64,000 bases of DNA. Origin: Vicugna vicugna. Its lineage: Eukaryota. Where the stretch lies: NCBI GenBank assembly GCA_013265495.1, contig MU057801.1, positions 2,200,301 through 2,264,300 on the forward strand, given 5' to 3'. The translations under genes and the position numbers were made by a program. The stretch's first letter is position 1. Every line of letters starts with the position of its first letter. Shown in pieces: positions 22,960 through 35,690 of this stretch. The notes under the pieces were generated by a model. That model saw only the letters and a program-made list of their open reading frames with translations. It was not told where the DNA came from and searched no databases.

Positions 22960-23930
22960 TGAACGAAAGGTCGCAGGACCCGCTCTCGGGGGACGGACTC
23001 CTTCCCGCCCAGCCGTGGCCCCCGTGCCCGCTCTGCGGCCACACGCCGCTCGGAGGGGCTGCGCTCGCTTCGCCGCCCGCCGTGGCCACCTCAGATGCTT
23101 GGTGATTTGTGAACAAGGACCTTGACATGCACGAGGCTCGCCCCCCAGTCCCTCTTCCATAAAACGGGGTGCCAGCCGGGCGGCCTCTTGGGGGATGGAG
23201 GGGCAAGCGGCAGGCACGCGGCAGGAGCTGGCGCGGCACCGGCCCTCGGAGCGCACTTCGCCGCCGCAGCTGGGCTTCGCACCGAGAAGCGGGCCTCCGT
23301 CCCCGGGTGGGAGCTCCCCCGCCCGGAGGGCTTGCCTTCGGGGGCCGGGGGCCCAGAGCAGCCCCGCCTGCGCCAGCGGGGCCTGGACTCACTTCCGCCG
23401 CCTGGGGGCCGAGACCAGGAGGAGACGGAACCCGGGCCCCCTGCCCGCGGGCCCCCAGAGCGGTGGCAACGACTCAGGGCATGGGGCCCCCTGGCCGCGC
23501 GGCAGGCCGGCCCTCTCCCTTTCTCAGGGCGCGAGCAGCCATGCCGGGGGACCCGCCATCCTCAGATTTCCACGGGGACTCTCCTGACAATTCCCGGAAC
23601 TGAGAAGCTGGCAGGGAAGGTCACGGGGGAGTGAGGTCCCGAGCGGCCGAGGTGAGGCCCCGGGGCAGGGGCTCGTCAGGCCGCACGCCCATGCAGCCGG
23701 CCCTCCGGGCTTCCGCAAGGCTGCAGAGATTAGGGAAGCAGGGAGACGCCAGCCCTGCCAAGGGAGGGGGGCCTTCTCTGCCCCGAGAAGCTGCTGCCTT
23801 TGCCCTGGAGATAAGGCTTCTGAGGACCGAGGCAGCGCGAGGCCCCCAGACACTTCCACGGCGGCGGAAGCATCGCCCTTCGGCGCCCAGGGTGGGTGCC
23901 TCACGCGGCTTCTCGGTCGGGGACTTGATC
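22960..23930. promoter_or_regulatory. CpG-island-like block
   Basis: Visibly the densest CpG/GC stretch, with GC-boxes. CpG observed/expected not computed; no associated gene identified. Confidence 0.5.
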
Positions 23931-24429
23931 ATCTTTGTGGGTGGGGGGCGTGTGGCTCTTGCATGAGGGGCTGCACTGTGACTGCAGCTAAGGGTCTTTT
24001 TAAAGCCTGTTTATCTATCGATCAGTTTATTCCGAGGCCTGAAAGAGGTGAGCCAGGGTTTAGGGAACATCAGACTCGGTCTTCGGTGTTTGTCTTGTTC
24101 AGGCGCCGTCGGCTCGGCGCAGAGTCACTTTGAATGTCAAGGCGTCGGCAGGAGGGGATGGATGTTCAGTTTCCAGAACCCTTCACTGGAAGGCGTAGGC
24201 CCGGGGCGGGATGTGGGGTCGGCTGGAGCCAGGGTCCTCCTCTGTGCTCCGTTCACGCAGCTGACCTCCCTGCATGAGGGTCCCTTCTCTGGAAACATTC
24301 GAGCCCTAAGCCAAGGCTGTCGGGGCTCCAGCTGCACAAAAGCAGGTCCTAAGACGTCAGGGACAGCGCCAGACTGCGCTCCACGCCCGTCTGCACAGAA
24401 CACACTGCCAACGAGCAGGCTGGAAAGGC

Positions 24430-25280
24430 CATTAAGAATTCAGTTTACAACAGCACCGAAGAGACGTTTAACCCCGGAGATGAAGGGCTCGGACGCTGGA
24501 AGCTACAAAATGTTGCTGAAAGAAAGTAAAGGCACAGATAAATGGAAAGACATCCAGTGTTCATGGATTGGAAGACGATGTTTTTAAGATGCTCGTACTA
24601 CCCAAAGCAAGCTGCAGGTTCAACATAATCCCCCGCAAAATCCTCATGGGTTTTTTTGTAGAAACAGAAAACTTCATCCTAAATTTTATGTGGAATAAGG
24701 GACCCAGAATAGTCAAAACAATCTTGAAAAAAAAGAACGAAGTTGGAGGCGTCACATTTCCTGATTTAAAAACCGACTGCAAAGCACAGCAGTGTGGTCC
24801 TGGCAGACAGACAGACAGACAGACAGACCAAGGGAACAGAACAGACAGCCCAGGAGCAAACTCACGTACGCGATCAAATGGTTTTCAGCCAGGGTGCCAG
24901 GATCACGCAGTGAGGAACCCAGTCTTTTCGACAAACGGTGGGAAAACCGGACACCCACGTGCAGACACGTGAAGGTGGACCTCGCCTTACAGCGCAGACA
25001 AACACTGCTTCAGATGGACTGGGACCTAAAACTGTGAAACTCCTAGAAGAAAACGGGAGGCTTCACGACATGGGACTTGAACGTGATTTCTTAGACGTGC
25101 CACCCAAAGCACAGACAGCCACAGTGAGAACAAGCAACGTGGACTAGGTCGGAACGTAAGCACTCTGTGTGTCACACAGCGGACAGCGAGGAGGCCATCT
25201 GCGGAACGGGGGAAGCACCGTGCCGGCATGACGTCTGACGGCACCGTGCACGCGGGCAGGAGCACAGAGAACACTCTCCG
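24430..25280 (+). mobile_element. L1 ORF2 3'-half remnant
   Basis: Translations KWKDIQCSWIGR and KMLVLPKASCRFNIIPRKILMGFFVETENFILNFMWNKGPRIVKTILKKKNEVGGVTFPDLK are recognisably L1 ORF2; multiple frameshifts. Confidence 0.9.
24804..24828. repeat. (CAGA)6 microsatellite within the L1
   Basis: Directly visible. Confidence 0.9.
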
Positions 25281-25319
25281 CGGCCTCTGCGCGGGGGCTG
25301 GCCCGCCGCACACTCCTCT

Positions 25320-25800
25320 CCGCCCTGGGCTTCCCTGTGCCCTGCTTTCCACGCTCAGTGGGGCGACCTCTGCGGCTGCGCCGTGGCTGACAAACGGTGG
25401 GTGTTGGCTGCTGTAGACACGCGGACCCATGTGCTCGGGGACAGGACAGGAGACGTTCCTGCGTGTGCACCTGTCCTGCAAGTGGCGTTGGCACTTGTAA
25501 TCCTGGTCGGCACCGCCAGCTGCCCTGAGAGAGGCTGTCTGTCCGCGCCGCCCCAGCCCAGCTTTGTCCCCGGGCGTGAAGTTGCCCGTAGGTCCTGACC
25601 CACGGCCTGAAGCACCGCCGGCTCGTTGCACTCTGATGGCGTTCCTCTCTTCTGCTGCGAGTGAGAGGCGTTTACTTCCCGGTTTCTGCCTCTAGCTGCC
25701 CTGCCCATGAGCTCCGGGGGGTCCATCTTCACATCACTGACGTGTGAGGATGAAATAAGGACACTGCCCCCTTTTGAATTTGACGGGTGGTGCCCGTGGC
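25320..25800 (-). mobile_element. Possible heavily diverged L1M 3' fragment
   Basis: Weak, GC-shifted similarity of the reverse complement to the recalled L1 3' region. Confidence 0.3.
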
Positions 25801-28800
25801 GGTCACACTGGGGATTCTTCTTGGATTGCGGTGCCTCCTCCTCTTCAAGGTAGAAGCCCCCCCCCCGCACTGCATGCACAGGCCGCACGCTCCCACCACG
25901 CACTTAGCGCGTGACCTTTCCTTCTAGGGCCTCCGGTGCCTCGTCTCGCTTCTCCCCTAGCTCCAAAGCCACTCACCTTCCCAGCCCTCCCGTGTCTCCT
26001 TCTAGCAGTTCCATGTTTAATTTTTAGGGGGCTGCGTTTTGTGCTTAACTGCTCCACTCGGCGCGGTGGCAGTCGGAGTGCCCCGCCGCCGGCTCTGCCC
26101 TCGGGGCCCCCCGGGGCCGCCTCGCTCACTGCCTGGGCCCTGTGATGTCTCTGCTCGGCTCTGGGCGCGTGTCTTGCCCTGGACCATTTCAGAGTTTCGG
26201 ATTTCACTTCCGGTTCATGTTGCAGCTACTGCCCTGGCCGCGCGGCTCAGCGAGGGGACAGGGCAGGGCTGGTCAGTCCCCTCTGAGGACCGCATTTCTG
26301 CTTCCCGCCTTTACCCAGCTGGAGTTCATTAGGTGGGTTTTAAAAACTCTTCTGCCTTTTCTTCTGCTTTAAATACGACTTGATGGTCTCAGCTTTGGAG
26401 ACGTCTTCCCAACCCCAGGGCTCGGTGCCACCACCTCAGGGCTGTTGACTTGTAACCAGGAGCTCAGAGACTGTTTACTGACAGGAAAATCAAAAAAAAG
26501 TACTTTGAAAGTCGTTAAATGGGGAGGCATAAGCCGAATGACCTAATGTTATTCTCTGGAGCTGGGAGGGGTCCTCGGGGTCAGATATTCCAGGAAACAG
26601 CGCTGCCTGCCCCCACCCCCGCCAGGGCGACCTCGGGGGCTCTGGGTCAGCCTGAGCTCAGCGTCACTGTGTGCGGACCGGACACCCCGGTACCATCCAC
26701 TGCCCTCCCGCCCCTCAGCTCCCAGGGTGTGGCTCTGAGCCACCCTGAGGCAGCCTTGTCCCCGAGCCGTCCTGTGCCCTGAGGCCAGAGGGGAGGAAGG
26801 CGGGAACTCGGCCCTAAACCTGGGCCCCGCCCTTGGGTTAAGGAGGCCCAGCCGCAAGTGCTGGTCCCGTCCCTCCGCCCTGCCCTCCGTCCCACCCAAG
26901 GTGTGGGACGCCAGCTCTGGTCCAGGGCCAACACGACACTCCCTGAGCATCTGTGTCCTGGGCCCCGAGGTGACAAGGACACCCGCACGTACCCGGCATC
27001 CCAGGCTCACGGTATTTTGAAGGCAGACACTTGAATAAGTGACGAAGGGCAGAGGGCAGCCACAGTGGAGGGAGGGACACTGGCAAGACGGGACTCGCTT
27101 CCAGGGGACCCTGAATGAGGAGGTGCGACCCGGCTGAGGCTGGAGGGCCCCGTAGGGGATAACCGGGTGGTTACAGGGGGTCCTCTGCCCCACTGTGTCC
27201 AGCAAGCCCCACCCCTGCTGCCCACGCCCTCTCTGCATCCTCAAGATGGGCCCTCGTTGAAAGCATTCATGGGCCCTCAGCAGCCCAGCCGCCCTGGGGA
27301 CTTGAACCCTCATCTCCTGAGGGTCACCGGCCTCCGCACCGGAGCTCCGGGAGCAGGGGCCCCATGTGGGCACCTTTCATGCCAGTGGACGGATCGGTGA
27401 TGTGCTGGGGACCCATGACAACAGACTGGGCTGCTCCCCACCTCGGGCCCACCTTCCAGCCAACACACAGTGAGACGTGGGTGCGGGGCCTGGTCGCCAG
27501 CGCTGCGAACACAGATGCAGAAAGGCGGGGCTCCAGGCAGTGGGGCGCTGACGCTCGGGCAGGGCGGGCAGGGACGCCTGGGGAGGGGGCACTTCAGCCC
27601 CAGGTGTGCAGAGCTGACGGAGTGGTCTGACTGGCCAGCCCCTGGCGGGACTTCTTTGTGCAAGCAGCAAAGCCCATGGAAAGAACCAAGCTCCAGGCTC
27701 TTGAAATCAAGCCTTGTGGGGTATCTGCTTCCGAACGCGGGAGGTGGTCACAGAGCGTGGGGAGGCCCTTGCGGTTGGATCTCACTCTGGTGGATGCCCA
27801 TCTGGGAAGGCGCCAGAGCAGGGCTGCTGGCCGGACTCCAGACCTGCAGAGGCAGTGCCCAGCCCCAGGCTGGAGGGCATTCGGCTGAAGCCTGTCCCGG
27901 GAATGTGGCAGGGAGACCGGGCGCGCTTCCCTGGCCCCGCGTAGGCGGCCCATACGTGTTTGCTGGACAGGTGGACAAGCGGTCCCTCTCTCCTTCTGAT
28001 GACACTGGCTTCCCACGCCGTGGCGCTCACACTAGTGAGAGGCAGGGCTCACATCACCTGAACGCTGTGTGTGGTGGCGGTATTTGCTGGTTCCTGGTGG
28101 TAAATTGAGGCAACAAAATGTGCCTCCTCTGAAGACAGCAAGGGTCTCTTGCGTCTCGGTGGCAGGGATTACGAGCCCCGAATCTGTCACCTGTGAAGTG
28201 GTCGCGCCCTTCTGGAGGTTGGGGGTCTAACGCCTCGCTCTCCTGTGTGTACTTGTGCACACTGAGGTTTTATTTCAGCATTTATCATTTAAAAAGGAAG
28301 CTTTTTTGCTGAAGGTAACACTTCTGCTTTTCCTAAGTCGCAGTCTGAAGCAGGAACCCTTGAGCGGCCAGGAAACCTCAGAAGACCCGGGACCACTGGA
28401 GGTGGCCCAGAGTCGGCCGGCCGGCCTGCCTGCCGGCAGCGTGGTGACCCAGGGTGTCAGTGGGCTGGGGACCGTGTGGCCACGTGCTTTCCTAGGAAGG
28501 ACACTGGAGTCCAGGCAAAAATGAACCTTCCGAGGGAAGAAACAGCAGAAACTCACTGCATTTTGTGGGGAAACTTGAAACTGTTACCTTGATATAGAAC
28601 GATGTTGAATCATCAGAAAGGTTCCATTGTCCTGGGGCTCTGTCATGTGATGAATAACAGAGAGCGATCTGCGTCTCTGTGTGCATAATCGTGCTCCTTT
28701 CATGAGCTGCAGAACCAAGCTCTGACTTCGTGCAAAGTTGTAAATCTTTACAGAAAGTACGTGACTCGTGGGCAATGGGAATGATTCTATTCAAACTGAA

Positions 28801-28873
28801 GGCCAGGTACCAGTAAAAATCTAAGCATTCTGGATCCTCAGAAGCTACCGAGACGGGGGGTAATTCCGTTTTC

Positions 28874-28921
28874 AAGGAAGAGAGGGAAGGAGGAAAGGAA
28901 GAGAGAAAGAAGGAAAGGAAA
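28874..28921. repeat. Homopurine (GA-rich) tract
   Basis: Only A and G over about 48 bp. Confidence 0.9.
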
Positions 28922-28932
28922 TACACATAAAA

Positions 28933-29252
28933 TGTGTGTGTACATGTATGTGTGTGCTTGAGTTACGTGTATACACGTGTGTGTATATGTGTTTGCAAAT
29001 GTGTCCATAGGTGTATTGTGTTCATGTGTATTTGTGTGCATATGTGTGTATATGTATATATGTGTGCCCTGTGCACACACATGTGCNNNNNNNNNNNNNN
29101 NNNNNNNNNNNNNNNNNNNNNNNNNNNNNNNNNNNNNNNNNNNNNNNNNNNNNNNNNNNNNNNNNNNNNNNNNNNNNNNNNNNNNNNNNNNNNNNNNNNN
29201 NNNNNNNNNNNNNNGTATACGTGTCCGTGTGTGTCCACATGTGTCATGTGTG
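28933..29252. repeat. (TG/TA)-rich degenerate simple repeat containing a 128-N assembly gap (29087-29214)
   Basis: Directly visible; true length unknown. Confidence 0.9.
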
Positions 29253-32200
29253 CACCTTGGCGACACCATCCTGTCTTACTGTCAGCCCCGGTCCTGCCTG
29301 AGTCATACCCACCGCCCTCCTCCTGGGCGGGGAGCCGGCCTGGTGGCCGGACTGGTGGAAGCCTGGAGAGAGACTGGCCTCGGCAGGTCCGTGTCTGACT
29401 CCCGGGGCTCCATCTGTCGGGCTCTCTCCCACGATGCCCATCAGACCTCCTGCCTCCTCGCCCTCAGGAAGGCCGGCGTGTCTGGGGGCGGCTTTGACGG
29501 ACTCACCTCGACAGGCCCGGTGGCCCCGCAGCCGCCCACCCACCACCCGCTGGCTCACAGTCTAGCGTCCTGAGGAGCCATCATCCCCGGCACACTCAGA
29601 CTCACCCCGGGGTGTCAGGGCCCCAGGTGTCAGCTGCTGGCCCTGGAGCAGACTGTCCCTGCGGGAGGTGGTGCCAGTGTCCTCCCAACCGCTCGGCGTC
29701 CACCCTGAACCCGTGCCCCCGACGCCCCCGTCAGGGCCGTGGATGGGGGGACTGACTACCCCCGCAGCACCAGCCTTGCACCCAGACACGCAGCGTGCCC
29801 AGGCCACGGAAACACATCCACCCTGTCATTTTTCTTCTTCAGACGGGTTTGCCATAGTTTGCTCCACAGGACAAAGTCCTTTGCAGTGCCCTGGGGGACA
29901 CAAAAGCTCCTTGGCCCCCAGAAACACACAGCCTCCAGGACGGAGGTCCAGCCTGAACCCCAGCCTCGCCCAGGCTCCGAGGAGGCCCTCCCACCCCACG
30001 ATGGTCCACGCCCTTCCTGACACTGACCTGGACGCTGCTGGGATGGGGGTCCCGGACGCCCCCTCAGTGGGGCCAGGAAGCGGTCTAGCACCCGGTGGGG
30101 GTGACCCGACGGCAGGAGTGGGTCTCCTCCCTGGGGCTGCCCTGCTGGCCAGTCAGGAGGCTTAAGGCTTAAGATGGAGGAGTGCTGCACGGACAGCCCA
30201 CATCCCTCCCGACCCCCGGGGTGGCTCCCCGCTCCTCAGAGGGCCGCCCAGGGGCTGGTCCTGGGGAGGAATCGCAGCCAGCGGGTGCTGGAGGCGCGCA
30301 GGGCTCTCAGGAGGCTCGGAGGGCCGGGGGGCAAGCGGGAGGTGACAGGAGCGGGCGTGACGCAGGCAGGTGGGCGGGGCTGGGAGGGGCGCCTCCTAGC
30401 TCGTTTGACCTGACACTGCACAATATAAAACAAGTAAAATTAAATTAAAATCCAAGCAAGAGCGCCCTGTGTAAGAAAGCAGAAATGCGCGATTTGTTTC
30501 CGAAAGGAAGTACTCCGGGAAGCCAGCTTTGACGGAGGCGGGAAAGCCTGATGCAGAGGGAAAGCAGGTTTCCGAAAGCCCGAGTGTCAGTGAGGGTGAG
30601 TAAGTCTTGTCTCACCCGGTCAGTTATGTGCTGACGGCAGACAAAACCGTTGCTTGTTGTCGGAACAGTCGTGAACCACATCGTCGACTCCCTGAAGGAC
30701 AATGAAGCTCGCGTGCGATGACTCAGCCAGTGGATGACCAGCGACTGTCCTGCACCGGCCGGTGTCTCACAGATGAACAGATAAGCGTCATCGAGCCAGT
30801 GAGAGCCCTCCCCCAGGAGCTCGGACACAACGGACCCGTGTAAGAGCCGGCCCTGTACCTCGGAAGAGCAGGTTGGCTCCCCGAATCCCTCCACTTCTCA
30901 GAAGCCAAAGGACCCAGCGCGAGGCCTCCTTATCAGAGCCAAGTCGCCGCTGGGCAGAGCCAACACAATCCCGAAGCCATCTGCATGCACTGGTCCGTTC
31001 AGGCCACACAGATTTGCAAAAACTTACTCATGGCCCCCGGGAACACCCACTGCAATCAATCAAGCCCTCGGTTTAAGAGCCCCCCCCGAAATTTTCATCA
31101 CTTTTCCTGTCTTTTCTCTGCGGGCTCTGTGCTGGCCTGGGGGCGGCAGGTCTCAGGGGACACACGGCCGCTGAGGGTCGGGGCCCGGCTTGGCCCGGGG
31201 CAGAGGCATGAGGGCGGGTGGCCGGGGGAGGACATTCTCGGGGGGAGACACAGGGATGCGTTTGTCCTGTGGGACTGCGGAGGCCAGGGAGAGTCACGCA
31301 GAAGGACTCGGTGTGGAGCTCCGGGAGTTCCTCCTCTCTCCTCTCCCTCCCAGTCCCGGTCACCCCATCACCCCGGGCCAGGAGCAGGGAGCAGTCGGGG
31401 CGACTCCCTCTTGGCGCAGGGCCCCCCGCACCTCAGTAGCAGCGCCGCGGGAGCAGGGCTGGAACAGAACCGCTTTCGCCTCTGCTGAGCCTCGGGGCAC
31501 TGGTTTACAAGCACGGTGAGGGGGCCCCCCCCACGCGTGCTCAGTGCAGTGGAGCGGTGGGGGGCAGGACTCTGCATCCTGAGGGTCACCCCTCCCAGGA
31601 GGATGGCAGTGGCCGCACTTCAGTCGACACCCGGGCGCGGTGCTGAAGCCATGTCACCTCCATCCCCCTCATTCTCTTGTCTCCAAAGGACGATGGCTGG
31701 TGTGGCTGGCCATGCAGGGCACTGCGTGGCTTCGTAGCAAAGGACAACGTCCTGGAGCCGCGCTGCCGGGGACCAGCCTGGAGATACTGAAAGAACCAGG
31801 TGGGCCGGTCTCCTGGGGCCCGTTTGATGGTGGGGGATGGAGTCCCGTCCCCTCTCATGGTCAAGCTTTGGGCAAGATCCCACCCACCTCCCAGGATGAG
31901 GACTGGCAAGTGAGGTGTGCTGCTCTGACTCCCGGAGGGCAAGAAGGCCCCTGCGCAGCTGCCGGACGTGGGGACAGGAAGCACCGAGGCCCGGGATAAA
32001 ACGGGGAAACGCAGCCCAGAGCAGTCAGATAACCTGCCCCAGGGCCCCCCGATGCCTCACCTGGAGCTCTCGTCTCCACCAATCGCCTCCATATCCAAAC
32101 TGCACGTGGGCTCATTGAGCAGTGACCCCAGGGTCCCCAGGATCAGCCGGTGCCAGGTTCCCACCTGGTCGGGAAACAGGAGGGGACGGACGCAGGAGGG

Positions 32201-33251
32201 CGTGTGCACACTTGGTTTAGACAGGTTTCTCTCAAAGTAGTTACAGTCTTAGAAAAATCTACACTCATGCTCGTGGGGCGCTGAGCAGCTTTAAAAGTGA
32301 TGACATAAACGTATCAACATAGAAAGACACGCTCAGTGCGTGTTCTATGGAAAAGCGCGTTACGGTCGAGTTTTCCGGTGGGATCCTGTTACTGCGCCGA
32401 CACACATGCTCGCACACGCGTGCACACCAGCGCCCAGGGAAGCTCCGTGTCGGCTCGTCGACAGTATGCTGCTCCTGGTGGTGCCATTCAGGGGCGTTTA
32501 CGTGTTTTGTCTTGGTTTTGCCATCTGCGTTGCTGACTTTCCTCGGACAAACGTGTCGGTTGTGCAATAATTTATAATTTCTTTTTTAAATAAATGGAAC
32601 CAAGTGTGGTTCTCGTCTGTTACTTGGTTAAAGAGGTGGGATTCAGTCATCTAGAACATTCATTTGTCCGAGAGATGACCCCTCCCTGGGACCGCCCCAT
32701 GGTGAGACATTTGGGCCCTAGACGTCCTTTGCTGGCTCCCGAGCCTGGTGACTGATGACTATGACAAGGGTGACGCACTGACTCACGAGGACAAGATCTG
32801 GAAGTTGTCTCATCGCCCCCGGGGTTTCGTGTGTGGTCTGCACCGGCAGGTCTCCTGGCCCCTCCCCTCCCGCGGCGGGACGTCAGGGAGCCCGGGCGGG
32901 TCTGATGCAATGATGGATAGGACTCACCAGGGACTCAGTGTTTGGTTGTCAAAACACGAGCAGTGACCAGAGGCCAGCACCACGAAGGAAGGGCTGCAGC
33001 CCCGTAGAGACGTGGAGGGCAGGGCATCATCTGTCACCTGGCCGCCTGAACACTGCCTGGTCACACTGACTGCTAAACGAGGGAGTGACTGGACTGCACC
33101 CCTGCCTGTGTGGCCATTTCCTTCGCCACATACCTGACTGGTGGTGAGGCGGTCTTCTCTGACATGCTTCTGGGGACAGGGCACCACTACCATGTGTGGA
33201 AAGGCAGGGCAGTTGGACAGCCACTTCTGTTAGAAAGACCTTTTCCTTGCA

Positions 33252-33406
33252 CAGTCACCTCGATATGCGAGGGGGTTGGTGCCAGGACCCCTGCAGATGC
33301 CAAAATCTGGGATGCTTGCGTCCGTAGGTGGCCCTCCATACCTGCAGCGTGGAGCCCACAGACACAGAACCCAAACACAGAACCTGGGCACACGGAGGGC
33401 TGACTG
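33252..33406. mobile_element. TcMar-Tigger (MER2-like) non-autonomous DNA transposon
   Basis: Terminal inverted repeats cagtcacctc... / ...gagggctgactg; internal 'ggttggtgccaggacccctgcagatgccaaaatc' matches the recalled MER2 5' arm. Confidence 0.75.
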
Positions 33407-33671
33407 TTCAGGGGAGTGGCCCTCACACCCCGGTCACCTTCAGGGCTTATTGTCCCCCAGGCTGCTGGTGCCCCACCCAGAGCCTCTGCCCCCGTGGGAG
33501 GCTGGGCCCAGGAAGCTGCCTTTCTAACCCGTTCTTGGAGAGGTCAGCGCCCCTGACCAGCATCATGCTGAGGACCACGGGGTTCCCACCTGGGTGCCTC
33601 ACGCTGTTTGCCCCTATTTCCACCCCATTTTCAGAGCCCCCAGGGAGAAGGTGGGTCCCTGACCCAAAACA

Positions 33672-33729
33672 ACACACACTCACACACATCACACACACAC
33701 ATTCACACACTCACACACACTCACACACA
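33672..33729. repeat. Imperfect (CA)n microsatellite
   Basis: Directly visible. Confidence 0.9.
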
Positions 33730-35526
33730 GAGGCCAGCTCGCCCTGCCCGTGGCCTCACCAAGCCCTTGGTCCAAGGTTGGCGGTGCAGCTGCTGCCAGG
33801 CTCCCTCCTGCTGGGTCACAGGCCCCCTGCCACAGTGACACATCCTGTGTCCTCTGAAGACTCAGACCCAGGTGGTGAGGGACCTAGTGGGGAGACCCGA
33901 AAGGGGGTCTAGGACCAACCCAGGAACCCGGGAAGGAGACTGGGTCCAGGGCAGGCCCTCAGCCTCTGGGCTCCCCTCCCTATTTCTTCCCACGGTTGTG
34001 GGCCACACGCCCTTGGTGCTCCGTTCCCAGCCAGACCCCCGGCCCGGCCCTGCTCCCCCCGCCCCCCCAGCAAACATCTCCCCAGTCTGGCCTCAGTGTC
34101 TGCTGGTTAAACGGGCAAATGGCCAGACCCAGGGCTCGGCCGGAGCGCATCTGACCCATGAGGTCGTCTAGGAAACAGGCCAGAGGGGCCCGGCACCTGC
34201 ACCGGCTCTCACGCGTCCAGACGTGTGTCACCGCCACAGGCAGAGAGGCCAGCCCACGGGCTCCGTGTCCCCGCTCACTGCCCTTGTCTGCTTCTGACAT
34301 CCCGGTCACTCCCAGACACCCCCTGGTCATCGGGACCCACACCCAAGACGCGTGGCCAGGACGGGCCTGGAATTCACGTGAGATTAGCACTGGGAGAGAA
34401 GCCTCTGGCCGGACTGACGTCACGTCCATCACATCCTGCCGTGTAAGGTCCTCTGCCCGTCCTGCGCGGCCCAGCGAGGGGACCTTTCCATGGCTGGCTT
34501 TCCAGTCGCGGCCCTTCCCATGATGTGCAGCTGTACTGTTTAAAGACGAGGACGTCTGCAGGGAGGCGGGCCGGAGCAGGGGTGTCCAAAGCCTGGTCCC
34601 GTTCTCGCGGGCCCCGGTCCCCCGGCAGGCGGCACTAACTCTGCTCCTCAGAGCCCCTCCCAACGCCCAGCCCCGAGTGTCTCCTCTGCTCTCTGGAGCT
34701 GCCTCCTGCGAGGAGCCACGGGGCTTCGCCGAACCTTCAAAGATTCAGCTGAATCCCCCATGCCGGCTTGTGCGGGGTGGGTGGGCTGCCCTCCAGGATC
34801 TCTGAGGACACACAGGCCCAGGGCGACCGAAAAGGTCCTGAGAGACCCCAGGGGCAAAGATGGGGGCCGCCCACAGGGAAGGGGTCCCTGAAACGGGGCT
34901 TGACGCACAGGTGGGATTTGGGCTGGTGCAGGTGCAAGGGCGGCATGTGGCCCGGGGACACTGAAGCCAGTGGGAAACTGCTGGGAGCAGAGGGGCCCGT
35001 CAGGTCCGGGACTGGGGACGGACTGTGCTCGCCAGAGAGCCCCCCTAACCGTGACCCGGGGGCGGAGGAGTCTGGACCCTGCTCTGGCTCTGAGGCGGCC
35101 ATCTGTGTGCTCAGGGGACGGTCCGCCACCTTCGGGCAGGGTCCAGGGTGCCCCAGGGGAGACTGCAGAGCTGAGGGTGGCCTGGGGACAGTGCCACCAC
35201 TCCCCTGCCTCTGGGCTGGGACCTCCCGGCGCCCAGCTGGTCAGTGGGTGGCAGGAGCCTGGCCCCCTCCCTACAAGCTGCTCCAGGAGGGATGAAGACA
35301 GCCCCTCCTCTGGGTGGGGGACGCCCCACAGACGTGCCCGGACGCCGTGGCCCTGCAGCCGGTCCTCTGTCCAGGGGCACAGACGCAGCCCTGCGGCTTG
35401 TCTTTGCTCAAGTCCTGGTCATTTAGGGTGAGGAGCCCGCTCCTCCTTCCACGCTGAGAGCTCAGGCTTGGGCTGTGGTCGGGAAGGTGTGACCAAGAGA
35501 AGAAGCCCTGCTCCCCACAGGGGAGC

Positions 35527-35690
35527 CACACACCACACACATGCACACACACTGACATACACACACACCACACACGTGCACACACACCACACACGTGCAC
35601 ACACTATACACATACACGCATAAACACATACACGCACACCACACGCGCGCGTGCACACACGCGTTCACAAGCCGCACGCGCAGCGCGCAC
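35527..35690. repeat. (CA)/(CG)-rich degenerate simple repeat
   Basis: Directly visible. Confidence 0.9.

Noticed and set aside
24568-24972. 134-aa ORF with reverse-transcriptase-element similarity
   Set aside because: It is an internal fragment of a frameshifted L1 ORF2, not a functional gene.
28838-29573. His/Thr- or Cys/Val-rich ORFs with X runs
   Set aside because: Translations of a TG/CA microsatellite across an N gap.
30430-30900. Coding-looking segment (e.g. KPLLVVGTVVNHIVDSLKDNEA)
   Set aside because: Frames are short and closed by stops, and I cannot assign a family. A BLASTx search would settle it.
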